Source: Frankiales bacterium
GTDB lineage: Bacteria > Actinomycetota > Actinomycetes > Mycobacteriales > SCTD01
Direction: 5' to 3'
Length of the DNA: 43,805 bases
Assembly: GCA_025965615.1 (NCBI GenBank)
Contig: JAOPWP010000087.1
Span: 1 to 43,805 of the forward strand
Of the stretch, positions 18,045-26,643 are shown piece by piece. A model generated the notes under the pieces. That model searched no databases, was not told the origin of the DNA, and saw nothing but the letters and a program-made list of their open reading frames with translations. The first letter of the stretch is position 1. Every line of letters starts with the position of its first letter. Position numbers and translations under genes: made by a program.

Positions 18045-19115
18045 TCAGGCCCCGGAGTCGCGGTACAGCTGCAGGGTCGCCTCGCGGACCGGCCCTGTCT
18101 GCCCCTGCACGAGGGAGAAGACCGCCTCTCGCAGGAGGCGCTGCGGAGCGGCGTCGAGCGACATCGCCGAGCCGCCCGTGGCCGCGACCAGGGCCGTCGC
18201 GCTCCGGACGACGAGGTCGAGAGCTGCTGCGCGTACGGCCAAGCGTTCGGTGACCGCCTCGTCGGGCGGCACCTCGTCCAGGAGCGTGTACGCCACCCGC
18301 CGCAACCGCTGACCCTCCTGCGCGAGCTGCTGCGCGAGCGCTGCGGCCGTCCCGTCGTCCCGCACGGACGCGGTCTCCAGCAGGCGAGCGACGCACTCGC
18401 GGTGGAGCCCGAACAGGTGGGGACCCGCGTTCGCCGTCTTCGTGGCATCAGCTGCGAGCCAGCCCGGGAGGTCCCCGACCTCGACGACGTCCGCGTCGTC
18501 GACCTCGAACCCGCGCAGGTCCAGCGAGACGGTGCGGGTCGCGCCCATCGCTGCGAGCGGCAAGGGCCCGGATGCGGTCAGTCCGCCGCCCTCGCCCGCG
18601 GGCACGAGCACCTGGACGACCTCGGCGTCGGGGCTCACCCCGGCGAGCAGGAAGACGTCGCAGATGCCCCACCCGGTCATCCACGCGACGAGACCGTCGA
18701 AGCGCCAGCCGGAACCGGTGCGCGTCGCGGTGACGGCCGGAGGTCCGGGCCGGCGCAGGTGCGCGATCGCGACGCCGGACAGCACCTCGCCGGTGCACAG
18801 CCCGGGGAGCAGCCGGTCGCAGAGCTGTCCGTTGCCCGACGCCGCGAGGGCCGCCAGGGGCGTCGCGTGCTGCGCTGCCACGAACCACGTCGCGCCGCAC
18901 GCCCCCGCCAGCACCTCGGTCACCTCACGCACGACTCCGGGGGGCGCCTGTGAGCCGCCCGCTCGGAGCGGACCGGCGAGGCCCAGCAGGCCCGCCCTCG
19001 CCCACGCGTCGAGGTGCGCGCGCGGCACGACCGAGCGGTCCACCTGCTCGGCCTGCGGACGCAGCAGCTCGTCGGCGAGGCGGCGCGCCCGGGCAACCGG
19101 ATCCGGGTCCGTCAT
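18045..19115 (-). CDS. Acyl-CoA dehydrogenase-fold flavoprotein (atypical), copy 2
   Basis: SGVAIAHLR, FDGLVAWMTGWG, LAAMGATRT, PQRLLREAVF; clear paralog of 11925-12977. Confidence 0.8.
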   Translation of the reverse strand: MTDPDPVARARRLADELLRPQAEQVDRSVVPRAHLDAWARAGLLGLAGPLRAGGSQAPPGVVREVTEVLAGACGATWFVAAQHATPLAALAASGNGQLCDRLLPGLCTGEVLSGVAIAHLRRPGPPAVTATRTGSGWRFDGLVAWMTGWGICDVFLLAGVSPDAEVVQVLVPAGEGGGLTASGPLPLAAMGATRTVSLDLRGFEVDDADVVEVGDLPGWLAADATKTANAGPHLFGLHRECVARLLETASVRDDGTAAALAQQLAQEGQRLRRVAYTLLDEVPPDEAVTERLAVRAAALDLVVRSATALVAATGGSAMSLDAAPQRLLREAVFSLVQGQTGPVREATLQLYRDSGA

Positions 19116-19123
19116 CCGCTGGC

Positions 19124-19369
19124 TCAGCCCTGGAGCTTGGCCACGATCACGTCCAGGAAGGCGCCGATCGTGGTGACGTCGGTCAGCTCATCCTCCGGCA
19201 GCGTGACGCCGAGGGTGTCCTCGAGGTCCATCGTGAACTCGACGAGCGAGAGCGAGTCGACGCCGAGGTCGTCGACGAAGGACGCGTCCTCCTGCACCGC
19301 GTCGGCGTCGACCTCGAGCAGCTCGACGGCCTTGTCCCGCAGGACCTGCATGACCTCAGCGCGTTCCAT
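19124..19369 (-). CDS. acpP: Acyl carrier protein (ACP 2)
   Basis: ASFVDDLGVDSLSLVEF, the most canonical AcpP-like copy; TAGGTT-N7-ATG. Confidence 0.9.
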   Translation of the reverse strand: MERAEVMQVLRDKAVELLEVDADAVQEDASFVDDLGVDSLSLVEFTMDLEDTLGVTLPEDELTDVTTIGAFLDVIVAKLQG

Positions 19370-19379
19370 GGGCGCGAAC

Positions 19380-20273
19380 CTAGCGGTCGAGCAGCGCCAC
19401 GTCGTCCGGGGCAGCCACCGACAGCACCCGCACCCCCGGCAGCGTCCTGCGCACGAGACCGGCGAGCACACCGCCGGGACCGACCTCCACGATCGTGTCG
19501 ACGTCGTACGCCCGCAGGTGCTCGAGCACCTGGCGCCAGCGGACCGGCGCCGTCAGCTGCTCGGACAGCGTCGCGGCGACGTCACTGCCGTAGGGAGCGA
19601 CCCGGGCACCGGACAGGACGGGGACGGACGGCTGCTCGTAGGCCATCCGGTCGAGCGCGGACTCGAGGCCGGGCCGCGCCGACTCCATGAGCGGCGTGTG
19701 GAAGGCCCCTCCGACCGGGAGCGGCAGCACGCGACGGGCGCCTGCCTGGCGCAGTGCGGCGCTCGCCGCCTCGACGCCGGCAGGCCGGCCCGAGATCACC
19801 ACGTGCGAGGGGGCGTTGTAGTTCGCCGTCCAGACGTCGGGCAGCCCGCGGCAGACGTCGTCCACGGCGTCCTCCTCCAGACCCAGCACGGCGGCCATGG
19901 TGCCCTGCGCCTCGTCCACTGCCGACTGCATCGCGGCCCCGCGTGCGGCCACGATCGCGAGCCCGTCCTCGACAGCGAGCACGCCGCCCGCGACCAGCGC
20001 GGTGATCTCACCGAGGGAGTGCCCGGCCACCACCGACACCGTCTGTGGTGACAGGGCCTGCCAGGCCAGCAGCGAGACGAGGTACGTCGACACCTGCGCC
20101 GCGGCCGTCCCGGCAAGCTCGTCAGCCCCGGCGTCGAGGAGCAGTCGCTCGACGTCCCTGTCGAGGACGACGCTGGCCCGCTCGACCAGTGACCACCCGG
20201 CGTCCCCGACCCAGGGCTCACCCATGCCGGGTCGTTGGGAGCCTTGGCCGGGGAAGACGAGGGCGAGGGTCAT
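19380..20273 (-). CDS. fabD: Malonyl-CoA:ACP transacylase
   Basis: FPGQGSQ, GHSLGE, ANYNAP, GAFHT, PVRW, EVGPG; start ATG 20273. Confidence 0.93.
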   Translation of the reverse strand: MTLALVFPGQGSQRPGMGEPWVGDAGWSLVERASVVLDRDVERLLLDAGADELAGTAAAQVSTYLVSLLAWQALSPQTVSVVAGHSLGEITALVAGGVLAVEDGLAIVAARGAAMQSAVDEAQGTMAAVLGLEEDAVDDVCRGLPDVWTANYNAPSHVVISGRPAGVEAASAALRQAGARRVLPLPVGGAFHTPLMESARPGLESALDRMAYEQPSVPVLSGARVAPYGSDVAATLSEQLTAPVRWRQVLEHLRAYDVDTIVEVGPGGVLAGLVRRTLPGVRVLSVAAPDDVALLDR

Positions 20274-20315
20274 GGGCAGCGATCCTGCCAGGACACGGGG
20301 CCTAGGCTCGGGCAG

Positions 20316-20618
20316 GTGACGACTCCCGGTGACCTGACCCAGCGCCTGCGGGGCCTGAGCAGCGAGCAACTGTCGGTGTCGCCCGCACAGCTGGTGCCGG
20401 ACGCCTCGCTCCTCGACGACCTGGGCGTCGACTCCCTCGCGGCGATCGAGTGGGGCATGAGCATCGAGGACGTGTTCGGGATCAGCCTCCCGGAGAACTC
20501 CTGGGAGCGGGTGGTCACCTACGGCATGGTCGAGGAGCTGGTCGTGGGCCTGGCAGCCGATCCGTCGGGCTCGGCAGGCACCGGCGCGAGAGCCTCCAGC
20601 ACCGCGTCCCGGAGCTGA
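20316..20618 (+). CDS. Acyl carrier protein (ACP 3) with short C-terminal extension
   Basis: DDLGVDSLAAIEW; TAGGCT-N7-GTG start. Confidence 0.85.
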   Translation: MTTPGDLTQRLRGLSSEQLSVSPAQLVPDASLLDDLGVDSLAAIEWGMSIEDVFGISLPENSWERVVTYGMVEELVVGLAADPSGSAGTGARASSTASRS

Positions 20619-20621
20619 GCC

Positions 20622-21803
20622 GTGCGACTCCCGAAGGCCGCGCGCCGCGTCGTCGTGACCGGGATCGGCGTGGTCTCCCCCGCCGGCATCGGCCTCGAGC
20701 CGTTCTGGAAGGGCTTGCAGACCGAGCCGGAGCACCGCCAGTCGCGGACGGTGGACGACTTCGACCCGTCACCGTGGTTGTCCGGCAAGCAGGCTCGTCA
20801 CCTGGACCGCTTCACCCAGTTCGCCGTCGCCGCAGCCCAGCTCGCGCTCGATGACTGCGGCGGGCCCCCGGTCGGACCACCGGAGCGCATCGGCGTGCAG
20901 CTCGGGACGGGGATCGGCGGCGTGGGGACCCTCGAGACCCAGGTCGGCGTGCTCGCTGCCCGAGGACCCGGCCGCGTCTCGCCGTTCACGATTCCGATGG
21001 TGATGCCCAATGCCGGAGCCGCCGCTGTCTCGCTGCGGCACGGTTTCCGCGGACCTTCTGAGACCCTGACGACGGCCTGCGCCGCAGGCACGCACTCCGT
21101 GGCAGCCGGGGCGCGGATGGTCGCGGACGGGCGGTGCGACGCCGTGCTCGCCGGCGGCGCGGAGTCGTCGATCACGCCGACGACGCTCGCCGCCTTCACG
21201 GTCATGACCGCCCTGTCGCGGACCGGCCACTCCCGCCCCTTCGACACCGGCCGCGACGGCTTCTGCATCGCCGAGGGGGCCGCCGTCCTGGTTCTCGAGG
21301 AGCGCGAGGCGGCGCTGGAGCGGGGCGCCCGGGTCTACGGCGAGGTGCTCGGTGCCGCCAGCACCTGCGACGCCCACCACATCACCGCGCCGTCCCCCGG
21401 CGGGGTCGGGGCCGCCGCCTGCATGCGGCTCGCCCTCGACGATGCCGAGCTCGCACCCGAGCAGGTGCGCGCGGTCAACGCCCACGGCACCTCCACGCCC
21501 CTGAACGACGCCGCCGAGGCGGCGGCGCTGGCTTCGGTCTTCGGGCCAGGCGCCGTTCCCGTCTCGAGCATCAAGGGCGTCACCGGGCACGGCCTCGGAG
21601 CTGCTGGGGCCCTGGAGGCAGCCAGCGTCCTGCTGTCGTTCCTCCACCGCGAGCTGCCTCCGACGATGGGGACGACCGAGGTCGACCCCGCGCTGGAGCT
21701 GGACGTCGTGCTGGAGCCCCGGGCGTGGGAGCCGGGGCCGACGGTCAGCAACAGCTTCGGCTTCGGCGGCCACAACGGCTCCTTGATCCTCGCGCCGGCA
21801 TGA
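20622..21803 (+). CDS. fabF: Beta-ketoacyl-ACP synthase II
   Basis: Cys-His-His triad intact: TACAAG, NAHGTST, GHGLGAAG; SNSFGFGGHN. Confidence 0.92.
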   Translation: MRLPKAARRVVVTGIGVVSPAGIGLEPFWKGLQTEPEHRQSRTVDDFDPSPWLSGKQARHLDRFTQFAVAAAQLALDDCGGPPVGPPERIGVQLGTGIGGVGTLETQVGVLAARGPGRVSPFTIPMVMPNAGAAAVSLRHGFRGPSETLTTACAAGTHSVAAGARMVADGRCDAVLAGGAESSITPTTLAAFTVMTALSRTGHSRPFDTGRDGFCIAEGAAVLVLEEREAALERGARVYGEVLGAASTCDAHHITAPSPGGVGAAACMRLALDDAELAPEQVRAVNAHGTSTPLNDAAEAAALASVFGPGAVPVSSIKGVTGHGLGAAGALEAASVLLSFLHRELPPTMGTTEVDPALELDVVLEPRAWEPGPTVSNSFGFGGHNGSLILAPA

Positions 21804-22597
21804 TGGCTGAACCTCACGTCGACCTCGAGAGCGATCTGGCCCTCGCGCTCGAACTCGCGGACGTCGCGGACGCCATCACCCTGTCCCGGTTCCTGGCGCT
21901 GGACCTGGTCGTGGACACCAAGCCCGACCTCACCCCGGTCAGCGACGCCGACCGGGCCGTCGAGCACGCCCTGCGTCAGGCGCTGGCGACCCGCAGGCCC
22001 GACGACGCCGTGCTCGGCGAGGAGGACGGCCAGACGGGCAGCGGGCCCCGCCGGTGGATCATCGACCCGGTCGACGGCACCAAGAACTTCGTCCGGGGGG
22101 TGCCCGTGTGGGCCACCCTGATCGCGCTGCAGGTCGAGGGCGAGGGAGCCGTCGGCGTCGTCAGCGCCCCGGCACTGGGCCGTCGGTGGTGGGCCGCGCG
22201 CGGGGCCGGGGCCCACGCCGGTGGGGCCCTCACCCCCGTGCGCCGGCTCCAGGTCAGCGCGGTGGACGACCTGGCCGCAGCCTCGGTCGCCTACTCGTCC
22301 CTCACCGGCTGGGAGGACCAGGGCCGGCTGGCCGGGCTGCTCCAGCTGTCACGCGAGGTGTGGCGGACCCGGGCGTACGGCGACTTCTGGTCGCACCTGC
22401 TGGTCGCCGAGGGCGCCGTCGACGCGTCCTTCGAGCCTGAGGTCTCGCTGTGGGACCTCGCGGCCGTCCAGGTCGTGGTCGAGGAGGCCGGGGGGCGGTT
22501 CACGGACCTCGCCGGCGTCGCCCGTGCCGACGGCGGCAGCGCCGTATGCAGCAACGGCCTGCTGCACGACCGGGTCCTGCTGTCCCTGCGACCGTGA
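21800..22597 (+). CDS. hisN: Histidinol-phosphatase, inositol monophosphatase family
   Basis: KPDLTPVSDAD, LGEE, IIDPVDGTKNFVRG, RAYGDFW, WDLAA; ATGA overlap with fabF. Confidence 0.88.
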   Translation: MMAEPHVDLESDLALALELADVADAITLSRFLALDLVVDTKPDLTPVSDADRAVEHALRQALATRRPDDAVLGEEDGQTGSGPRRWIIDPVDGTKNFVRGVPVWATLIALQVEGEGAVGVVSAPALGRRWWAARGAGAHAGGALTPVRRLQVSAVDDLAAASVAYSSLTGWEDQGRLAGLLQLSREVWRTRAYGDFWSHLLVAEGAVDASFEPEVSLWDLAAVQVVVEEAGGRFTDLAGVARADGGSAVCSNGLLHDRVLLSLRP

Positions 22598-22734
22598 GGG
22601 CCGGGAGCCGGCTTCGCGACCGGCGCCCTGCAGAACCGCGTGGCGCCGCTCGGCCTCGTCGACGCTCGCCCGCTCACTGACGTCGGCACCGGCTCTCGCG
22701 CTCCCAGATGCGCAGCGCCGTCCGGCAGACGGGA

Positions 22735-23169
22735 TCAACCCGTCGCAGCCCCTGGGCGCTGGCTCCGCAGGTCGATGACGGCGGCGGTCGCTGGGGCGTC
22801 CGATCCCCGGGACCCCGCTGACTCCACGTCGACCTTGCGCTCGGCGAACGCCCAGACGAGCTCCTCCCGCGAGGAGGCGAGGTCGGCGCGCAGCCCGGTC
22901 AGCTCCGACGTGGCGGCGGCCAGCTGCTCCTCGGCGCGGCGGGCCCGCAGGTCCGCAGCGGCCGCGGAGGCGGCGTGCCGGGCCCCGAGAGCGCGGAGCC
23001 GGGCCATCTCGGCATCGACGCGGAACAGGTCAGCCTGCAGGCCGATCACCACGCGCTGCTGCTCGTCCCACTCGACCCGTGCCGACGCCCGCGGCTGGAC
23101 CCGGCGAGCCCGGCTCGGCCACAACCACGCGAGCAGGGGTGACGGGCGGCGGTGTCGTCCTCTGGCCAT
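22735..23169 (-). CDS. Hypothetical coiled-coil protein
   Basis: TAGCCT-N7-ATG start; basic N-terminus MARGRHRR, heptad-rich middle, C-terminal VIDLR. Confidence 0.6.
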   Translation of the reverse strand: MARGRHRRPSPLLAWLWPSRARRVQPRASARVEWDEQQRVVIGLQADLFRVDAEMARLRALGARHAASAAAADLRARRAEEQLAAATSELTGLRADLASSREELVWAFAERKVDVESAGSRGSDAPATAAVIDLRSQRPGAATG

Positions 23170-23305
23170 GGTGCGCAGGCTAGGCACCCCGAGGGGGTGC
23201 GGCCGGTCGCCACGCCGCACGAGCGCGCATCCGTACGGCCACGAGTTCCGCCGCACTGGGCAGGCAGACAGGCGTTCGTACCGAACGGCGTTCTAGTCTT
23301 GGCCC

Positions 23306-25090
23306 ATGGCCAGCCTGCTGCTCAGCCGTCGTGACCTCGACTTTCTGCTCTACGAGTGGCTCGACGTCGAGAGCCTGAACCAGCGCCCCCGTCACGCGGA
23401 GCACTCCCGCGAGACCTTCGACGGGGTCCTGGCCCTCGCGGAGCAGATCGCGACCGAGCACTTCGCCCCGCACAACCGCCGCAGCGACGCGGAGGAACCG
23501 CGCTTCGACGGCGAGCGCGTGCACCTGATCCCCGAGATCGGCTCAGCTCTCGAGGTCTTCGCCTCGGCTGGTCTCCTGGGCGGCACCCTCGACGAACAGG
23601 TCGGCGGCCTGCAGCTGCCGACGGTGATCGGCAACGCGGTCTTCGCCTGGTTCCAGGCCGCGAACGTCGGGACCAGCAGCTACCCGTTCCTCACGATCGC
23701 GGGCATCAACCTGCTGCTCGAGCACGGCACTGCGGAGCAGGTCGACACCTACGTGCGGCCCATGGTCGACGGGCGCTTCTTCGGGACGATGTGCCTGTCC
23801 GAGCCCCAGGCCGGTTCGTCGCTGTCCGACGTCACCACCAAGGCCGTGCCGCAGGAGGACGGCAGCTACCGCCTGTTTGGCAACAAGATGTGGATCTCTG
23901 CGGGCGACCACGAGCTGACCGAGAACATCGTCCACCTCGTGCTCGCGAAGGTCCCGGGCGGACCGGCCGGGGTGAAGGGCATCTCGTTGTTCGTCGTCCC
24001 CAAGACGGTCGTCGAGACCGGGGAGCGCAACGACGTCGTCCTCGCCGGGCTCAACCACAAGATGGGGTTCCGCGGCACGGTCAACACGCTGCTGAACTTC
24101 GGCGAGGGCAAGCACACCCCGGGCGGTCAGGCAGGCGCCGTCGGCTATCTCGTCGGCGAGCAGCACCGCGGGCTGTCGTACATGTTCCACATGATGAACG
24201 AGGCCCGCGTCGGCGTGGGCCTCGGGGCGACCGCGCTCGGCTACACCGGCTACCTGCACGCGCTCGACTACGCGAAGGGCCGCCCGCAGGGCCGCCCCAT
24301 CGGGGCGAAGGACCCGACCTCGCCGCAGGTGCCGATCATCGAGCACGCTGACGTCAAGCGGATGCTCCTGGCGCAGAAGGCCTACGTGGAGGGTGCACTC
24401 GCGCTCAACCTGTATTGCGGGCGGCTGCTCGACGAGCAGAAGACCGGCGAGACCGAGCAGGCCCGTACCTCCGCGCTGCTGCTGCTCGACGTGCTGACGC
24501 CGATCGCGAAGAGCTGGCCCTCGCAGTGGTGCCTCGAGGCCAACAGCCTCGCCATCCAGGTGCTCGGCGGCTACGGCTACACCCGGGAGTACCCGGTCGA
24601 GCAGTTCTACCGCGACAACCGGCTGAACCCGATCCACGAGGGCACCCACGGCATCCAGGGCCTCGACCTGCTCGGTCGCAAGGTCGTCATGCAGGGCGGC
24701 GCCGGTCTGCAGCTGCTCGCCACGACGCTGTCGGCGACCGCCGCCAGGGCAGCGGAGCGGGGCGGCGAGCTCGCCGTGCTCGGCGCTCAGCTCGGCGACG
24801 CCGTGGAGCGGGTGGTCAAGGCGACCAGCGCCGTCTGGAGCGCCGGCGACGTCGAGGTGTCACTCGCCAACGCCTCGGTCTACCTCGAGGCTGTCGGGCA
24901 CGTCGTCCTCGCCTGGGTCTGGCTCGAGCAGCTGCTCGCGGCCGACGGCAAGGCCGGGGACTTCTACGAGGGCAAGCGCCAGGCCGGGCGCTACTTCTTC
25001 CGCTGCGAGCTCCCGCGGACCGGGCCTCAGCTCGACCTGCTCGAGGCGCTCGACACCACCTCACTCGACACGGCCGTCGCCTGGTTCTGA
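23306..25090 (+). CDS. Acyl-CoA dehydrogenase (long, ~590 aa type)
   Basis: GTMCLSEPQAGS, GNKMWIS, HKMG, MMNEARVG, IHEGTHGIQ with catalytic Glu. Confidence 0.93.
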   Translation: MASLLLSRRDLDFLLYEWLDVESLNQRPRHAEHSRETFDGVLALAEQIATEHFAPHNRRSDAEEPRFDGERVHLIPEIGSALEVFASAGLLGGTLDEQVGGLQLPTVIGNAVFAWFQAANVGTSSYPFLTIAGINLLLEHGTAEQVDTYVRPMVDGRFFGTMCLSEPQAGSSLSDVTTKAVPQEDGSYRLFGNKMWISAGDHELTENIVHLVLAKVPGGPAGVKGISLFVVPKTVVETGERNDVVLAGLNHKMGFRGTVNTLLNFGEGKHTPGGQAGAVGYLVGEQHRGLSYMFHMMNEARVGVGLGATALGYTGYLHALDYAKGRPQGRPIGAKDPTSPQVPIIEHADVKRMLLAQKAYVEGALALNLYCGRLLDEQKTGETEQARTSALLLLDVLTPIAKSWPSQWCLEANSLAIQVLGGYGYTREYPVEQFYRDNRLNPIHEGTHGIQGLDLLGRKVVMQGGAGLQLLATTLSATAARAAERGGELAVLGAQLGDAVERVVKATSAVWSAGDVEVSLANASVYLEAVGHVVLAWVWLEQLLAADGKAGDFYEGKRQAGRYFFRCELPRTGPQLDLLEALDTTSLDTAVAWF

Positions 25091-25821
25091 GCGGGCTCGG
25101 CGGGGCCCACGCCCCGCCAGGCGTCCCAGCGGGCGAGCAGCCGCGGCGCGACGAACAGCGCGGCGGCGTCGAAGAAGGCGTAGCCACCGGCGATCCCGCT
25201 CGGGGGGTTCCCGATCGACAGCAGTCCCGTGGGGTCCTCGGTCGACCAGGTCCAGGTGCCCAGCGACGTCCCCACCAGCTCGAGGTAGCTCACGACGAAG
25301 AAGGCGGCAGCGTAGAGCAGGGGGCTTCGCCCCTTCCACGCGAACAGCAGCAGGCAGACGTACCACCACGCACCGAGCAGGTCCTGCTGGGGCGACAGGG
25401 TCACGCCCCACACCGCCCAGCACCCCCCGAGGGTGAGGGCGGTGGGGACCAGCCACCTCGCCTGCCGGCGAGCCCAGGCGCTGCGCGCGACGGCGAAGGC
25501 GGCCAGGTAGATGAGGCCGTGCCCAGGCGGGACGAACGACGGCACGTTCTCGAGGCGGTAGACGTAGACGCCGAGCCAGTCGGCGAAGACGTACTCGATG
25601 ATCGTCGCGTAGACCACGACGACGCCGACCTGGACCCGGGTCGTGCGGTCCTCGCCTCGCAGGGCCAGGACGAGCACCAGCCAGGTGCCCAGGCCCAACA
25701 GGTGCTGCTCGGGCAGCGATGCGCCGACGTCCAGTCCGAGGACGGCGACGACCCAGACCGAGACGCCCGCGACGATGCGGGAGTCCCTGGTCGGCAGCAC
25801 CCTGGCAGGGTGCCACGTCAC
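25027..25821 (-). CDS. Conserved-looking multi-TM membrane protein of unknown function
   Basis: About 7 hydrophobic segments, [12 protein letters not shown] motif; GTGA overlap with the msrA stop. Confidence 0.72.
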   Translation of the reverse strand: MTWHPARVLPTRDSRIVAGVSVWVVAVLGLDVGASLPEQHLLGLGTWLVLVLALRGEDRTTRVQVGVVVVYATIIEYVFADWLGVYVYRLENVPSFVPPGHGLIYLAAFAVARSAWARRQARWLVPTALTLGGCWAVWGVTLSPQQDLLGAWWYVCLLLFAWKGRSPLLYAAAFFVVSYLELVGTSLGTWTWSTEDPTGLLSIGNPPSGIAGGYAFFDAAALFVAPRLLARWDAWRGVGPAEPAQNQATAVSSEVVSSASSRSS

Positions 25822-26492
25822 GAGGCGGGGAGCTCGACCTCGGTCAGGGCCTGACGGTCGTACGCCACCTGGCAGAAGCCGTGGTTGCAGTAGCCGCGCG
25901 GGTTCTTGTGGAGGTACTGCTGGTGGTACGCCTCGGCGTAGTACCAGGGGCCCGCCTCGGCGAACGGCCTGATCTCGGTGGTGATCTCGCCGAAGCCGGC
26001 GGCGGACAGGGCCGCCTGGTAGCGCTCGGCCGAGGCGCGCACAGCGGCCAGCTGGGCCTCGGTCGTGGGGTAGACCGCGGTCCGGTACTGCGTGCCGTGG
26101 TCGTTTCCCTGCCCGTTCAGCTGGGTCGGGTCGTGGTTCTCCCAGAAGGCCTTGAGCAGCGTCTCGACGTCGGTCCGGGACGGGTCGTAGACGACCATCA
26201 CGGCCTCGGTGTGGCCGGTGCGCCCCGTGCAGGTCTCCTCGTAGGTGGGGTGCGGCGTGAACCCGCCGGTGTAGCCGGCGGCCGTGGTGAACACGCCCGG
26301 GATCTGCCAGAAGAAGCGCTCGGCGCCCCAGAAACAGCCCATGGCGACGTAGAGCACCTCGGACCCCTCGGGCCAGGGCGGGGTGAGCGGGGTGCCGAGC
26401 ACCTCGTGGCGGTCGGGGACCGGCAAGGGCGTCGACCGGCCAGGAAGGGCCGTCTCGGGGGTGGGCAGGTCGGGCTTGCTGCGCAGCCACAT
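25818..26492 (-). CDS. msrA: Peptide-methionine (S)-S-oxide reductase
   Basis: [38 protein letters not shown]. Confidence 0.97.
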   Translation of the reverse strand: MWLRSKPDLPTPETALPGRSTPLPVPDRHEVLGTPLTPPWPEGSEVLYVAMGCFWGAERFFWQIPGVFTTAAGYTGGFTPHPTYEETCTGRTGHTEAVMVVYDPSRTDVETLLKAFWENHDPTQLNGQGNDHGTQYRTAVYPTTEAQLAAVRASAERYQAALSAAGFGEITTEIRPFAEAGPWYYAEAYHQQYLHKNPRGYCNHGFCQVAYDRQALTEVELPAS

Positions 26493-26523
26493 GGTGAGCT
26501 CCAGGGTCGGGGGTCCCCCATAG

Positions 26524-26550
26524 CAACCCGCTCGGGTGCCCCGCCGTTCC
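26524..26550 (-). promoter_or_regulatory. SigR/SigH-type ECF promoter of msrA
   Basis: Minus strand GGAAC-N18-GTTG, matching the GGAA(T/C)-N18-GTT consensus; msrA is a known SigR/SigH regulon member. Confidence 0.78.
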
Positions 26551-26643
26551 CCACGGCGCGCCCATCGTGGTCACGTGCAGCGGCGGGGGCCCGGCAGGGC
26601 CGCTCGCGCTCGCTCTTCACGCCCTGCGCAGGTGGAGGAAGGG

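Noticed and set aside
20316-21803. Aromatic type II PKS (KS-CLF)
   Set aside because: There is a single FabF-type KS with no chain-length factor, cyclase or aromatase.
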